From: Escherichia coli
GTDB taxonomy: Bacteria > Pseudomonadota > Gammaproteobacteria > Enterobacterales > Enterobacteriaceae
Direction: 5' to 3' (one strand)
Assembly: GCF_024700885.2 (NCBI RefSeq)
Contig: NZ_CP117016.1
DNA length: 64,000 nucleotides
In this document: positions 22,880 through 33,530 of the stretch, piece by piece
Layout: each line of letters begins with the position of its first letter
How positions within the stretch are numbered: position 1 is the stretch's first letter
The notes under the pieces: generated by a model
What the model was told of the DNA's origin: nothing
Database searches by the model: none
What the model saw: the letters and a program-made list of their open reading frames with translations, nothing else
Made by a program: the position numbers and the translations under genes

Positions 22880-24844
22880 ATGAACATTTCGGAAGTCGAT
22901 CTGCATAAACTGACGGTCAGCGATCCGTTCCTCGGTCAGTACCAACAACTGGTCCGCGATGTGGTGATTCCTTATCAGTGGGACGCCTTGAACGATCGTA
23001 TCCCAGAAGCGGAACCCAGCCATGCGATTGAAAACTTTCGCATTGCCGCAGGACTGCAAGACGGTGAATTTTACGGGATGGTGTTTCAGGACAGCGACGT
23101 CGCCAAATGGCTGGAAGCGGTAGCCTGGTCGCTGTGCCAGAAGCCGGATGCCGAACTGGAAAAAACCGCTGACGAGGTAATCGAACTGGTCGCTTCCGCC
23201 CAGTGCGAAGATGGCTATCTCAATACTTACTTTACGGTAAAAGCGCCCGAAGAACGCTGGAGCAATCTGGCGGAGTGTCATGAACTTTACTGCGCCGGTC
23301 ATCTGATTGAAGCCGGAGTCGCCTTCTTCCAGGCCACGGGAAAACGGCGCTTGCTGGAAGTGGTTTGCCGTCTGGCCGATCATATCGACAGCGTATTTGG
23401 TCCAGGTGAAAGTAAGTTACACGGTTATCCTGGTCACCCGGAAATTGAACTGGCACTAATGCGCCTGTATGAAGTGACCGAAGAGCCGCGCTACCTGGCG
23501 CTGACAAACTATTTTGTCGAACAGCGTGGTGCGCAACCGCACTATTACGACCAGGAATATGAAAAGCGCGGGCAGACCTCGCACTGGCACACCTACGGCC
23601 CGGCGTGGATGGTGAAAGATAAAGCCTACAGCCAGGCGCATTTGCCCATCGCACAGCAACAAACCGCCATCGGACATGCAGTACGCTTTGTATATCTGAT
23701 GACTGGCGTCGCACATCTGGCGCGTTTAAGTCACGATGAAAGCAAGCGTCAGGACTGCCTGCGGCTGTGGAACAATATGGCCCAGCGTCAGTTATATATT
23801 ACCGGCGGCATTGGCTCACAAAGCAGCGGCGAAGCGTTCAGCAGCGATTACGATCTGCCGAATGACACGGTATACGCTGAAAGCTGCGCCTCCATCGGCC
23901 TGATGATGTTTGCCCGGCGAATGCTGGAAATGGAAGGCGACAGTCAATATGCCGATGTGATGGAGCGCGCGCTGTACAACACTGTGCTCGGCGGCATGGC
24001 ACTGGATGGCAAACATTTCTTCTATGTGAATCCGCTGGAAGTACATCCAAAATCGCTGAAATTCAACCATATCTACGATCACGTTAAGCCGATCCGCCAG
24101 CGTTGGTTTGGTTGCGCTTGTTGTCCGCCAAATATCGCCCGCGTGCTAACCTCGATTGGTCATTATCTCTACACGCCGCGTGAAGATGCGTTGTATATCA
24201 ACATCTACGCAGGAAACAGCATGGAAGTGCCGGTAGAAAATGGCACGCTGCGCCTGCGGGTTAGCGGAAACTATCCGTGGCAGGAGCAGGTGACGATTGC
24301 GGTTGAATCGCCCCAGCCGGTGCGTCATACGCTGGCTTTACGTCTGCCGGACTGGTGCACACAGCCGCAGATCATATTGAATGGGGAAGAGGTCGAGCAG
24401 GATATTCGTAAAGGGTATTTGCACATTACCCGCGAATGGCAGGAGGGCGATATGCTGAATCTGACTTTGCCGATGCCGGTACGCCGCGTTTACGGTAACC
24501 CGCTGGTGCGTCACGTCGCCGGAAAAGTGGCGATTCAGCGCGGCCCACTGGTGTATTGCCTGGAACACGCCGACAACGGCGAGTCACTGCATAACCTGTG
24601 GCTGCCCGCCGATGCGCCATTTACGACATTTGAAGGTAATGGATTGTTCCGCCATAAGATCTTAATCCAGGCTCCGGGTTACCGGTATGAACAGAGCAAT
24701 CCAGAGCAGCAACCGCTGTGGCATTACGACAGCGCGCCAGCCAAACGCCAGCCGCAAACCCTGACCTTTATCCCGTGGTTTAGCTGGGCCAACCGGGGTG
24801 AAGGCGAAATGCGGATCTGGGTGAATGAGGAAACCAGCGCATGA
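22880..24844 (+). CDS. Glycoside hydrolase family 127-like (DUF1680, beta-L-arabinofuranosidase-type)
   Basis: 654 aa from MNISEV with an aaggag RBS; Cys-rich motif FGCACCPPNIARV and the HELYCAGHLIE region are characteristic of GH127. Family assignment from memory. Confidence 0.75.
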   Translation: MNISEVDLHKLTVSDPFLGQYQQLVRDVVIPYQWDALNDRIPEAEPSHAIENFRIAAGLQDGEFYGMVFQDSDVAKWLEAVAWSLCQKPDAELEKTADEVIELVASAQCEDGYLNTYFTVKAPEERWSNLAECHELYCAGHLIEAGVAFFQATGKRRLLEVVCRLADHIDSVFGPGESKLHGYPGHPEIELALMRLYEVTEEPRYLALTNYFVEQRGAQPHYYDQEYEKRGQTSHWHTYGPAWMVKDKAYSQAHLPIAQQQTAIGHAVRFVYLMTGVAHLARLSHDESKRQDCLRLWNNMAQRQLYITGGIGSQSSGEAFSSDYDLPNDTVYAESCASIGLMMFARRMLEMEGDSQYADVMERALYNTVLGGMALDGKHFFYVNPLEVHPKSLKFNHIYDHVKPIRQRWFGCACCPPNIARVLTSIGHYLYTPREDALYINIYAGNSMEVPVENGTLRLRVSGNYPWQEQVTIAVESPQPVRHTLALRLPDWCTQPQIILNGEEVEQDIRKGYLHITREWQEGDMLNLTLPMPVRRVYGNPLVRHVAGKVAIQRGPLVYCLEHADNGESLHNLWLPADAPFTTFEGNGLFRHKILIQAPGYRYEQSNPEQQPLWHYDSAPAKRQPQTLTFIPWFSWANRGEGEMRIWVNEETSA

Positions 24845-24915
24845 TGCGACGCTTAACGCGTCTTATCAGTATCAACATATCGGTGCGGTTGCCCGCCAAC
24901 CATCGAAACGCGAGA

Positions 24916-25326
24916 TTAAACGCCCGGCAATACACGCCGGGCAGCTTCCGCCAGAAACGCACTTCTGTTGGCATAGTCTGGGTTATTGCGCACGTAGGTA
25001 TCAATCTTGTTCAGTAATCTTTTTGGCATCGTAATATTGATACGTTCAGCCCGACCTTCGAACTGATTCATATTGATATCCACCAGCAACCATTGCCCGC
25101 CAATAAAGTCCTGCGCACGCTGGACCAGATGTGTTTCCACAGAGCCTGGAAGCGGCAACTCTTCATTCATCTCGCATAAGGTTTCGAAGTGCGCGACCAG
25201 TGCACTTCGCGCATCCTGGAAAGCGTAGTCCAGCGTATCACCAGCAAAATAACAGCCTGGAACATCAGGGAAAAAACCGCTGGCGCTGCCGTCAGGATCA
25301 CTGTGGATATAGGCGGGATAAAACAT
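24916..25326 (-). CDS. hicB: HicB-family antitoxin
   Basis: 136 aa; HicB-like N-domain plus C-terminal ribbon-helix-helix-like segment (RINITMPKRLLNKID…RSAFLAEAARR); 16 bp after hicA. Confidence 0.7.
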   Translation of the reverse strand: MFYPAYIHSDPDGSASGFFPDVPGCYFAGDTLDYAFQDARSALVAHFETLCEMNEELPLPGSVETHLVQRAQDFIGGQWLLVDINMNQFEGRAERINITMPKRLLNKIDTYVRNNPDYANRSAFLAEAARRVLPGV

Positions 25327-25342
25327 ATTGCCTCCTGAAATT

Positions 25343-25528
25343 TTAAAATGTTAAACCAGCCTGACGCCCAATTTGCGCCAGCGTACCGGGCTTAATATCT
25401 TTTTTAGGGTGCGGAACCGTCACCAGACCCGGATGAACAGGGTGGCGGAACTGATGACGACTGCCACGGGTTCGAATATGTTCCCAGCCATGCTGCTTCA
25501 GGATGGCGATCACGTCTGCACTTTTCAC
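25343..25528 (-). CDS. hicA: HicA-family mRNA interferase toxin
   Basis: 61 aa; HicA/YcfA-like (…HGWEHIRTRGSRHQFRHPVHPGLVTVPHPKKDIKPGTLAQIGRQAGL). Confidence 0.7.
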   Translation of the reverse strand: MKSADVIAILKQHGWEHIRTRGSRHQFRHPVHPGLVTVPHPKKDIKPGTLAQIGRQAGLTF

Positions 25529-26000
25529 ATCCCTGCCCTTCCATGATTATACACACGATACACACACAATTAGCGATAACAATCACGATAGCGCGATTTA
25601 TATGGGCCGTCAGGGGGATAAAGTTGACTCAGGAATGCCGCTCGGAAGAAGAATAACGGTGTGCAGTAATTGGTAGAAAATATGCGAGGATGCTCGCAAT
25701 TTACATATAACTCATAGTATTAGGTGTTAAAAAATCTGTATTAGATTATCCATGCGATATCGAAGCTAGTCTTGCTATAGCTCCAACTCGTATTCATTGA
25801 ACGTTTAAAACAACCAATAAAAGACACTGTTTTATTTTCTTGATAAATATCAAGTTTGTTTCACCATTGTATTTACAATGTGCAAACATTATTTTTTGTG
25901 TGTTATACATTAACTATGACCAATGATAAAGCGTTAATATATAAATATTTTCTATATTTTTATCAAACGCATTTTTATTAAATATATATAAGGAGTTATA

Positions 26001-27080
26001 ATGTCTATGGAGTTTATAGATAAGCTGAATTCATTATCCGCAAAAATAAAACAACAAGCCGGAGTCATTGAAACGGAGGAAGCTACCAAAAATGCTTTCG
26101 TAATGCCGTTCATTAACAATGTGTTAGGTTATGATGTCTTTGATCCTACCGAAGTTATCCCAGAGTTTGTATGCGATATTGGAACGAAGAAAGGTGAAAG
26201 GATTGACTATGCAATCTTAAAAAATAGCGAGGTTCAGATTCTCATTGAATGCAAAAAAATTGGCGATCCTCTAAATATAAATCATGCTTCACAGCTTTTT
26301 CGATACTTTCATGTAACAAATGCAAGAATATCTATTCTAACCAATGGACAAGTTTATAAATTTTTTACTGATTTAGAAGCACCTAATAAAATGGATGAAA
26401 AACCATTTCTTGAGATAGATCTACTTGACTTAGACGAAACAGTTGTTCCCGAGATAAAGAAGCTTACTAAATCAGCATTTGATTTGGAATCAATAATTAA
26501 TGCTGCAGGTGAATTAAAATATGTTAGTTTAATTAAAAAAGTTCTCCATGCACAAATGAATAATCCTGAAGAGGATTTTGTAAAATTCTTTGCAGCAAGA
26601 ATTTATGAAGGTATGTTAACACAAAAGGTAAAAGATACGTTTGCAAAATTAACAAAGAAAGCTGCCAATCAATATATTAACTCTCAAATAAACGAAAGAT
26701 TGAAATCGGCAATAGGTGGTGGGTCATTATCTGTAATTGATTCGAATTCACACAATGAGGAAGTTGAATGTATTAATAAAGAAGAAACCGATATTGCCAC
26801 TACTATGGAGGAACTTGAAGGATTTCATATTGTTAAAGCTATAGTTCGCGTAGTGCTTGATGCACCACGAATAGTCCACAGAGATACAAAAAGCTATTTT
26901 GGTATACTTGTAGATGACAATAATCGAAAGCCACTCTGTAGATTACATTTCAATCGAAATCAAAAATATATTGGTTTATTTGACTTAGAGAAAAACGAAA
27001 CCCGCCATCCTATTGAATCTCTCGATGATATTTATTCTTTCAGCGATGAGTTGAAAGCGACTGCCGCTTTATACAACTAA
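26001..27080 (+). CDS. Orphan HsdR-N-like PD-(D/E)xK nuclease-domain protein (candidate defence gene)
   Basis: 359 aa; aaggag RBS 5 nt upstream; N-terminal region carries D69 (RIDYAIL) and E83-x-K85 (ILIECKK) in the arrangement of type I restriction enzyme R-subunit N-terminal domains. Strongly AT-rich gene and upstream region. C-terminal about 100 aa of unknown function. Confidence 0.7.
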   Translation: MSMEFIDKLNSLSAKIKQQAGVIETEEATKNAFVMPFINNVLGYDVFDPTEVIPEFVCDIGTKKGERIDYAILKNSEVQILIECKKIGDPLNINHASQLFRYFHVTNARISILTNGQVYKFFTDLEAPNKMDEKPFLEIDLLDLDETVVPEIKKLTKSAFDLESIINAAGELKYVSLIKKVLHAQMNNPEEDFVKFFAARIYEGMLTQKVKDTFAKLTKKAANQYINSQINERLKSAIGGGSLSVIDSNSHNEEVECINKEETDIATTMEELEGFHIVKAIVRVVLDAPRIVHRDTKSYFGILVDDNNRKPLCRLHFNRNQKYIGLFDLEKNETRHPIESLDDIYSFSDELKATAALYN

Positions 27081-27083
27081 AAC

Positions 27084-27116
27084 AAAGGCAGACAACTATT
27101 AACGTTGCCTGCCTTT
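27084..27116. terminator. Bidirectional hairpin terminator between the nuclease-like gene and aldB
   Basis: aaaggcagacaa…ttgcctgccttt inverted repeat in the 40-bp convergent spacer. Confidence 0.5.
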
Positions 27117-27120
27117 CACA

Positions 27121-28659
27121 TCAGAACAGCCCCAACGGTTTATCCGAGTAGCTCACCAGCAGGCACTTGGTTTGCTGGTAATGCTCAAGCATCATTTTGT
27201 GGGTTTCGCGGCCAATGCCTGATTGTTTGTAGCCACCAAACGCCGCATGTGCCGGGTAAGCGTGATAACAGTTGGTCCACACGCGCCCGGCCTGAATGCC
27301 GCGCCCCATCTTATAGGCCAGATTACCGTTGCGGCTCCAGACACCCGCGCCCAGGCCATATTTCGTGTCGTTCGCCAGCTCCAGCGCTTCTTCCATCGTT
27401 TTGAAGGTGGTCACCGCCAGCACCGGGCCAAAAATCTCCTCCTGGAACACGCGCATATTATTCTGACCAAACAGAATCGTCGGTTCGAGGTAGTAGCCGT
27501 CTTTCAGTTCGCCTTCCAGCAGCTTGCGCCGCCCGCCGGTGAGCACATCAGCGCCTTCTTTTTTACCGATATCAATGTAATTGAGGATGGTTTCCAGTTG
27601 CCCGTGCGAAACCTGCGCTCCCATTTGCGTCACGCTGTCGAGTGGGTTACCGCTACGAATGCTTTCGACACGGCGGATGGCGCGTTCCATAAAGCGTTCG
27701 TAGATAGACTCCTGTACTAAAGCACGGCTTGGACAGGTGCAAACTTCGCCCTGGTTAAAGGCAAACAGTGCAAAGCCTTCCAGCGCTTTATCGAAAAAGG
27801 CATCTTCTTCATCCATCACATCAGCAAAGAAGATATTTGGCGATTTGCCGCCCAGCTCCAGGGTTACCGGAATAATGTTTTGCGTAGCGTATTGCATAAT
27901 TTGTTGGCCCACTTCCGTTGAGCCGGTAAACGCCACTTTAGCGATGCGTTTCGAGGTCGCCAGATATTCGCCAATTTCCCCACCTGCACCGTTGACCACG
28001 TTCACCACGCCTGGCGGCAGTAAATCACCGACGATTTCCATTAGCAGCAGTACAGAAAGCGGGGTAAGACGTGCGGGTTTCAGCACCACACAGTTGCCCG
28101 CCGCCAGCGCGGGGGCCATTTTCCAGCTCGCCATCAGCAGCGGGAAGTTCCACGGAATAATCTGCCCCACCACGCCTAACGGTTCGTGGAAGTGATAAGC
28201 CACGGTTTCGCTATCCACTTCACTAATACCGCCTTCCTGCGCCCGAATACACGAGGCGAAATAGCGGAAATGGTCAATCGCCAGCGGCACATCGGCAGCA
28301 CTGGTTTCGCGAATGGGTTTGCCGTTATCCCAGGTTTCAGCGGTCGCTAACAGTTCGAGGTTCTGCTCCATCCGATCGGCGATCTTAAACAGAATCGCCG
28401 CGCGCTCCTGCACCGAAGTATGCGCCCATTTATCTTTCACTTTGTGCGCAGCATCCAGCGCCAGATCGATGTCTCGTTTGCCCGAAGACGCCACTTCGCA
28501 CAGCAGCTGCCCGGTCACCGGCGTCAGGTTCTGGTAATACTCGCCGTCGGCAGGGGCTACCCACTCGCCGCCGATAAAGTTGTCATAACGGGCTTTTAAC
28601 TTAAGAGGAAAACCATACTCGCCGGGCTTAATCTGTGCTGAAGGGGGATTATTGGTCAT
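27121..28659 (-). CDS. aldB: Aldehyde dehydrogenase B
   Basis: 512 aa from [17 protein letters not shown]…; ALDH catalytic motifs (…ELGGKSP…, …[12 protein letters not shown]…). Track ORF has a 30-codon upstream extension, rejected. Confidence 0.9.
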   Translation of the reverse strand: MTNNPPSAQIKPGEYGFPLKLKARYDNFIGGEWVAPADGEYYQNLTPVTGQLLCEVASSGKRDIDLALDAAHKVKDKWAHTSVQERAAILFKIADRMEQNLELLATAETWDNGKPIRETSAADVPLAIDHFRYFASCIRAQEGGISEVDSETVAYHFHEPLGVVGQIIPWNFPLLMASWKMAPALAAGNCVVLKPARLTPLSVLLLMEIVGDLLPPGVVNVVNGAGGEIGEYLATSKRIAKVAFTGSTEVGQQIMQYATQNIIPVTLELGGKSPNIFFADVMDEEDAFFDKALEGFALFAFNQGEVCTCPSRALVQESIYERFMERAIRRVESIRSGNPLDSVTQMGAQVSHGQLETILNYIDIGKKEGADVLTGGRRKLLEGELKDGYYLEPTILFGQNNMRVFQEEIFGPVLAVTTFKTMEEALELANDTKYGLGAGVWSRNGNLAYKMGRGIQAGRVWTNCYHAYPAHAAFGGYKQSGIGRETHKMMLEHYQQTKCLLVSYSDKPLGLF

Positions 28660-28784
28660 GATCGTCTCCTTGCGGTGTGAGGTATAACAAGGGTAGACGT
28701 GGCTGGCGAAATCTTCGCCAACTGGTGATAGCTTTACGACGGCTATCACGAATTTACGGGCAAGGATTACAGAGATAACTAAAA

Positions 28785-28844
28785 CTCTCTCAAAAATCGC
28801 AAATTTTGAGAGAGTTTAAAAAATGGCTGACAATTAGCCAGCCA
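28785..28844 (-). terminator. Tandem hairpins downstream of yiaY
   Basis: ctctctcaaaa…ttttgagagag and tggctg…cagcca inverted repeats between the yiaY stop and the aldB start. Confidence 0.4.
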
Positions 28845-28859
28845 TTGGGGGAATGATGA

Positions 28860-30011
28860 TTACATCGCAGCGCGATAAATCGCCACAATTTCTTCGTGAG
28901 TTGCCTGAATCGGGTTAGTAAACCCACACGCATCTTTCAGGGCATTGGTGGCCAGTACCGCGAAATCCTCTTCTTTCACGTTCAGGTCACGCAGGCCTGC
29001 CGGGATATTCACTTTCTTCGCCAGTTCACGGATGGCATTGATGCACGCTTCTGCGCCTTCCGCGTCATTTTTGCCTGTCACGTTCACGCCCATAGCAGCA
29101 GCACAGTCACGCAGACGCGCAGCGGCGACTTTGCTGTTGAATACCTGAACATGCGGCAGCAGAACGGCGTTACATACACCGTGCGGCAGATTGTAGAAAC
29201 CGCCCAGCTGGTGCGCCATCGCATGAACATAACCCAGAGAAGCGTTGTTGAATGCCATGCCAGCGAGGAACTGGGCATAAGCCATTGCTTCACGCGCTTT
29301 AGCATTGCTGCCATTTTCAACGGCTAACGGCAGGTTTTCGGCAATCATGGTCACCGCTTTCAATGCACAAGCGTCAGTGATCGGCGTGGCAGCAATAGAA
29401 ACATACGCTTCGATAGCGTGCGTTAAGGCATCCATACCCGTTGCGGCGGTCAGTGACTGCGGCATACCAATCATCAGAGAGGAGTCATTGACAGAAAGCA
29501 ACGGAGTGACATGTTTATCAACAATCGCCATTTTGATATGACGCGCTTCGTCAGTGATGATGCAGAAACGGGTCATTTCAGAGGCCGTACCCGCCGTGGT
29601 GTTGATGGCGATCATCGGCAGCTGCGGTTTTGCAGAGCGGTCAACGCCTTCGTAATCGCGAATATCGCCGCCATTGGCTGCCACCAGCGCAATACCTTTT
29701 GCGCAGTCGTGCGGAGAACCACCGCCTAAGGAGATCACGCTATCGCAATTATTTTCTTTAAGTAATTTCAAACCTGCAGCGACGTTTTCCGTGGTGGGGT
29801 TAGGTTGGGTGCCATCATAAATAACGCTAAAAATATTGCGTTCTTCCAGTGCTTTTTGCACATCACCCGCCATACCCAATTTCGTTAACATATTGTCAGT
29901 GACAATTAAGGTACGGGTAAATCCATAATCTGCCATCATATTCATTGCATCATTCAATGAATCAGCACCAATAACATTCACGGAAGGAATAAAAAAGGTT
30001 GAAGCTGCCAT
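28860..30011 (-). CDS. yiaY: Iron-containing alcohol dehydrogenase
   Basis: 383 aa; Fe-ADH family (GGGSPHD-type motif present as …[12 protein letters not shown]…). Confidence 0.9.
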   Translation of the reverse strand: MAASTFFIPSVNVIGADSLNDAMNMMADYGFTRTLIVTDNMLTKLGMAGDVQKALEERNIFSVIYDGTQPNPTTENVAAGLKLLKENNCDSVISLGGGSPHDCAKGIALVAANGGDIRDYEGVDRSAKPQLPMIAINTTAGTASEMTRFCIITDEARHIKMAIVDKHVTPLLSVNDSSLMIGMPQSLTAATGMDALTHAIEAYVSIAATPITDACALKAVTMIAENLPLAVENGSNAKAREAMAYAQFLAGMAFNNASLGYVHAMAHQLGGFYNLPHGVCNAVLLPHVQVFNSKVAAARLRDCAAAMGVNVTGKNDAEGAEACINAIRELAKKVNIPAGLRDLNVKEEDFAVLATNALKDACGFTNPIQATHEEIVAIYRAAM

Positions 30012-30109
30012 AACACACTCCTGAAAGTGTAAAAAAGGGCGGGCAGCTTACTGAGGATTTTCATTCGAAAATATGATCAGTATTATTGTTTATCAAAATT
30101 AATCTAATA

Positions 30110-30147
30110 AAAAGCACATTGTATTCATTAAACAATGTGCTTTTTTT
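30110..30147. terminator. Rho-independent terminator downstream of selB (bidirectional form)
   Basis: aaaagcacattgt-attcattaa-acaatgtgcttttttt: 9-bp stem flanked by A and T runs. Confidence 0.55.
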
Positions 30148-30200
30148 AAATTCATAAGAATTTTGTATTAATTTATTTTAAAACTTAATTAATCATTTCC

Positions 30201-32045
30201 TTATTTTTCCGGAAATAATAATGCGTCGCGCAATAAATGATCATTTCCCCGACGACGCGTAAAACCAATGCGGTCAAAATATTCCAGAATTTGAATTGCC
30301 AGTTTTCGACCAACACCTAAACGATCGCGGAAATCCGCCGCGCAGGTTGAACCACATTCCTGATCGAGATCGCGGATCATATTGGCAAATTCGACAATCC
30401 GATCGTTACGGTAATAACGATCTTTAACGATCGCCGTAATTATCCCCTGCTGGGCCGCCTGGCGTAGAGTCAGGCGCATTGCCTGCTCGTCGGTTCCCGT
30501 CTCTTTTGCCAGGTCTCGCACCCACCACGGTTCGTCACCAAACAGCGGCTCTGCTTTTTGCCAGATGGCCTGCTGCTCTTCGCTGAAGCCCGCTTTGTGA
30601 TCCGGCAGATGCAGCCAGCCGTGATGACTGAGGATGTCGCCGCTTTCGCGCATCTTTTCAATCAGCAACAGTACCAGCGCTTCATCTTCCATTGGCAACG
30701 CCATACGTCGCAGACGTTCGCGCCCAGGACCAGGTTCATCGCGATGTTGCTCATGATAAGTCGCTAATGTGTCGAGAATTTTCCGCTGCCAGCGAGCGGC
30801 AACCGGCGCATTCAACAAGCTATAACCAGCCTGAATATAGCCAGGCTGTTGCAGCAGTTCGCGCATCCCTTCGCCGTTGAGCTGCCGTGCCCAGGCGAAA
30901 TCCGCAAGGTTAACCGCTCCGCGTTCCAGATGAACAGATAACGCATCGGCATCGCTCTGCGCCCGTGCAAGAGACGCCAGCCATTGCAGATATTCCGGCT
31001 TACGCTTACCGCGACGCGGCGGGTTAAGCATCACCACACGCGCCCCCGCCAGCGTGTTGCGGGCCGAGATATCGCGCAGCACTAAGCGATCGTTATCCGC
31101 CAGCCACAGCGGCGTGTCGAACACCAGCTCGGCAAGGTTATCTTCCAGCAGCGAAACGCGTCCCGTAACGTGGCTGGCGGCGTGGTGAATATGCAGCGGC
31201 TGCCACTGGGTCAGCGGTGTATGGGTTTGAAGCTCGACAATCACCCGTGTGAACGGCTCCGGCGGCGCATCGGCAAGCAGCCAGTCGCCACGGTTAATCT
31301 GCTCTTTTTCCGCATCACCCGCGATGTTAAGCGCGATACGCTGCCCGGCATGGGCAGTTTCTGTTGGCTGATTTTGCGCATGTAGCGCACGCACGCGCAT
31401 CGGTTTATTTACACCAGTCAGCCAGAGTGAATCGCCTACCTTCACTTCCCCGCTTAACGCCGTACCGGTGACGACCAGCCCGGCACCTTTTACGGTAAAT
31501 GCACGGTCGATCGCGAGGCGGAAACTATGTTGGCTGGCGTGTTCGCGTTCTGGTAACTGAAGCAGATGCTCGCGCAGGGCATCAATTCCCCGACCTTCGG
31601 TTGCTGCGGTGATAAACAGTTTTGCCTCAGCAAAACCGTATTCCCGTAGCACCTCCTTTACCTGGCGTTCAACCTCATCAACACGCGCTTCGTCCACGCG
31701 ATCGGCTTTGGTCAGCGCCACTGTCAGCATCGGATTACCGGTCAGCTGCAAAATCGCCAGATGCTCACGGGTCTGTGCCATCACGCCGTCATCGCACGCC
31801 ACCACCAACAGCGCGTGATCGATACCACCAACGCCCGCCAGCATGTTGGAAAGAAACTTTTCATGACCGGGTACGTCGATAAAACCAGGCACGCGACCAT
31901 CCGGCTGCGGCCAGTAGGCATAGCCGAGATCGATAGTCATGCCGCGCTTTTTTTCTTCCGGCAGACGATCGGCATTTACGCCAGTAATCGCCTGCAATAA
32001 GGTTGTTTTGCCGTGGTCAACGTGTCCGGCAGTCGCAATAATCAT
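30201..32045 (-). CDS. selB: Selenocysteine-specific elongation factor
   Basis: 614 aa; N-terminal GTPase ([18 protein letters not shown]); overlaps selA by 4 nt. Confidence 0.95.
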   Translation of the reverse strand: MIIATAGHVDHGKTTLLQAITGVNADRLPEEKKRGMTIDLGYAYWPQPDGRVPGFIDVPGHEKFLSNMLAGVGGIDHALLVVACDDGVMAQTREHLAILQLTGNPMLTVALTKADRVDEARVDEVERQVKEVLREYGFAEAKLFITAATEGRGIDALREHLLQLPEREHASQHSFRLAIDRAFTVKGAGLVVTGTALSGEVKVGDSLWLTGVNKPMRVRALHAQNQPTETAHAGQRIALNIAGDAEKEQINRGDWLLADAPPEPFTRVIVELQTHTPLTQWQPLHIHHAASHVTGRVSLLEDNLAELVFDTPLWLADNDRLVLRDISARNTLAGARVVMLNPPRRGKRKPEYLQWLASLARAQSDADALSVHLERGAVNLADFAWARQLNGEGMRELLQQPGYIQAGYSLLNAPVAARWQRKILDTLATYHEQHRDEPGPGRERLRRMALPMEDEALVLLLIEKMRESGDILSHHGWLHLPDHKAGFSEEQQAIWQKAEPLFGDEPWWVRDLAKETGTDEQAMRLTLRQAAQQGIITAIVKDRYYRNDRIVEFANMIRDLDQECGSTCAADFRDRLGVGRKLAIQILEYFDRIGFTRRRGNDHLLRDALLFPEK

Positions 32046-33433
32046 TTCAACAACATCTCCAAAAACCGTTGCTCATCTTCAAGGCAGCGTAAATCCAGCC
32101 ACAATCGTCCGTCATAAATACGACCAATCACCGGCACTGGCAATTCACGCCAGCGGGCGGCTAATGACTCAAGGTGGCTACCGCGTCCATCATGGGGTGT
32201 AAACGTTAATGCCGCACTCGGCAGGCGATCAACCGGCAGCGAACCACTGCCAATCTGCGAAAGACATGGCATAACCTGTACCGCAAACTCCGCGCCGTAA
32301 TGTGTGGCAAGGGGGGCCTGTAAACGTTGTGCCTGGATTTGAATGACCTCTGCGCTGCGGGTAAGCAGACGCAGGGTCGGTAATTTTTCACTCAGCGCCT
32401 CAGGGTGTAAATAAAGACGCAGCGTGGCTTCCAGCGCCGCGAGGGTCATTTTATCCGCGCGTAATGCACGCTTCAGTGGATGGCTTTGCAGGCGGGCGAT
32501 CATCTCTTTTTTACCAACAATAATTCCAGCCTGCGGCCCGCCTAACAACTTGTCGCCGGAGAAGCTCACCAGACTGACGCCCGCCGCAATCAACTCCTGC
32601 GGCATTGGCTCTTTCGGCAAACCGAACTGGCTAAGATCGACCAGCGAGCCACTGCCTAAATCAGTCACTACGGGAACATCCAGCTCTTTGCCGAGCGCCA
32701 CCAGTTCCGCTTCATCTATCGCTTTGGTGAATCCCTGAATGCTGTAGTTACTGGTGTGTACTTTCATCAACAGCGCGGTATTTTCATTCACCGCCTGACG
32801 ATAATCATTAGCGTGCGTGCGGTTGGTGGTCCCCACTTCGTGTAGGGTGCAGCCTGCCTGACGCATGACATCAGGAATACGAAACGCGCCGCCAATCTCC
32901 ACCAGTTCGCCGCGAGAAACCACCACCTCTTTCCCGCTGGCAGTGGCCGCCAACATCAATAACACCGCCGCCGCATTGTTATTAACGATACAGGCATCTT
33001 CCGCTCCCGTAATGCGGCACAGCAGCTGCGCCAGCGCCCGATCGCGATGTCCGCGTCCGGCGTCGTCCAGATCGTACTCGAGGGTCACTGGCGAACGCAT
33101 AGCCTGCGCAACGGCTTCCACCGCGGCTTCTGCCTGTAAAGCTCGCCCAAGATTGGTATGCAGCACGGTTCCCGTCAGGTTGATCACCGGACGCAGCGCG
33201 CTCTGCGCCTCCTTCGTCAGTCGGGCATCGACTTCTTGCGCCCAGTTTTCACACCATGCGGGCAGCGTCTGGCTGTCACGAATCACTTCTCGCGCTTCGT
33301 CAAGCATCTGACGCAGCAATTCCACTACGCGGGTGTGGCCATAAGTATCACGCAAAGAAAGGAAGGAGCTATCGCGCAATAAGCGATCAATAGCCGGAAG
33401 TTGACTATAGAGGGAACGCGTTTCGGTTGTCAT
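32042..33433 (-). CDS. selA: L-seryl-tRNA(Sec) selenium transferase
   Basis: 463 aa; PLP lysine context (…[13 protein letters not shown]…). Confidence 0.95.
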   Translation of the reverse strand: MTTETRSLYSQLPAIDRLLRDSSFLSLRDTYGHTRVVELLRQMLDEAREVIRDSQTLPAWCENWAQEVDARLTKEAQSALRPVINLTGTVLHTNLGRALQAEAAVEAVAQAMRSPVTLEYDLDDAGRGHRDRALAQLLCRITGAEDACIVNNNAAAVLLMLAATASGKEVVVSRGELVEIGGAFRIPDVMRQAGCTLHEVGTTNRTHANDYRQAVNENTALLMKVHTSNYSIQGFTKAIDEAELVALGKELDVPVVTDLGSGSLVDLSQFGLPKEPMPQELIAAGVSLVSFSGDKLLGGPQAGIIVGKKEMIARLQSHPLKRALRADKMTLAALEATLRLYLHPEALSEKLPTLRLLTRSAEVIQIQAQRLQAPLATHYGAEFAVQVMPCLSQIGSGSLPVDRLPSAALTFTPHDGRGSHLESLAARWRELPVPVIGRIYDGRLWLDLRCLEDEQRFLEMLLK

Positions 33434-33530
33434 AGGAAACCTGGCTGATCAAGGCCCTCTCACACGGAGAAGGGCGTTTAACATAACCACGGATTGTAAC
33501 GTGAGATGGGTCAGGAGGACATATCGCGCA

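Noticed and set aside
25529-26000. Possible small RNA or additional small ORF in the 470-bp AT-rich spacer upstream of the nuclease-like gene
   Set aside because: No convincing hairpin-plus-T-tract or conserved ORF was found; most likely an AT-rich promoter region. Left unannotated.
27223-27720. 165-aa plus-strand ORF antisense to aldB, and similar antisense ORFs within yiaY, selB, selA, lyxK and sgbH
   Set aside because: Embedded antisense in confidently assigned enzyme genes; no independent evidence of coding.
28660-28749. 30-codon upstream extension of aldB ([12 protein letters not shown]…) in the ORF track
   Set aside because: AldB is recognisable from [12 protein letters not shown], which has a ggggg purine-rich stretch upstream; the extension has no support.
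33434-33530. Imperfect hairpin (gccctctc…gagaagggc) downstream of yibF considered as a terminator
   Set aside because: Stem is imperfect and lacks a clear T tract on the relevant strand; too weak to call.
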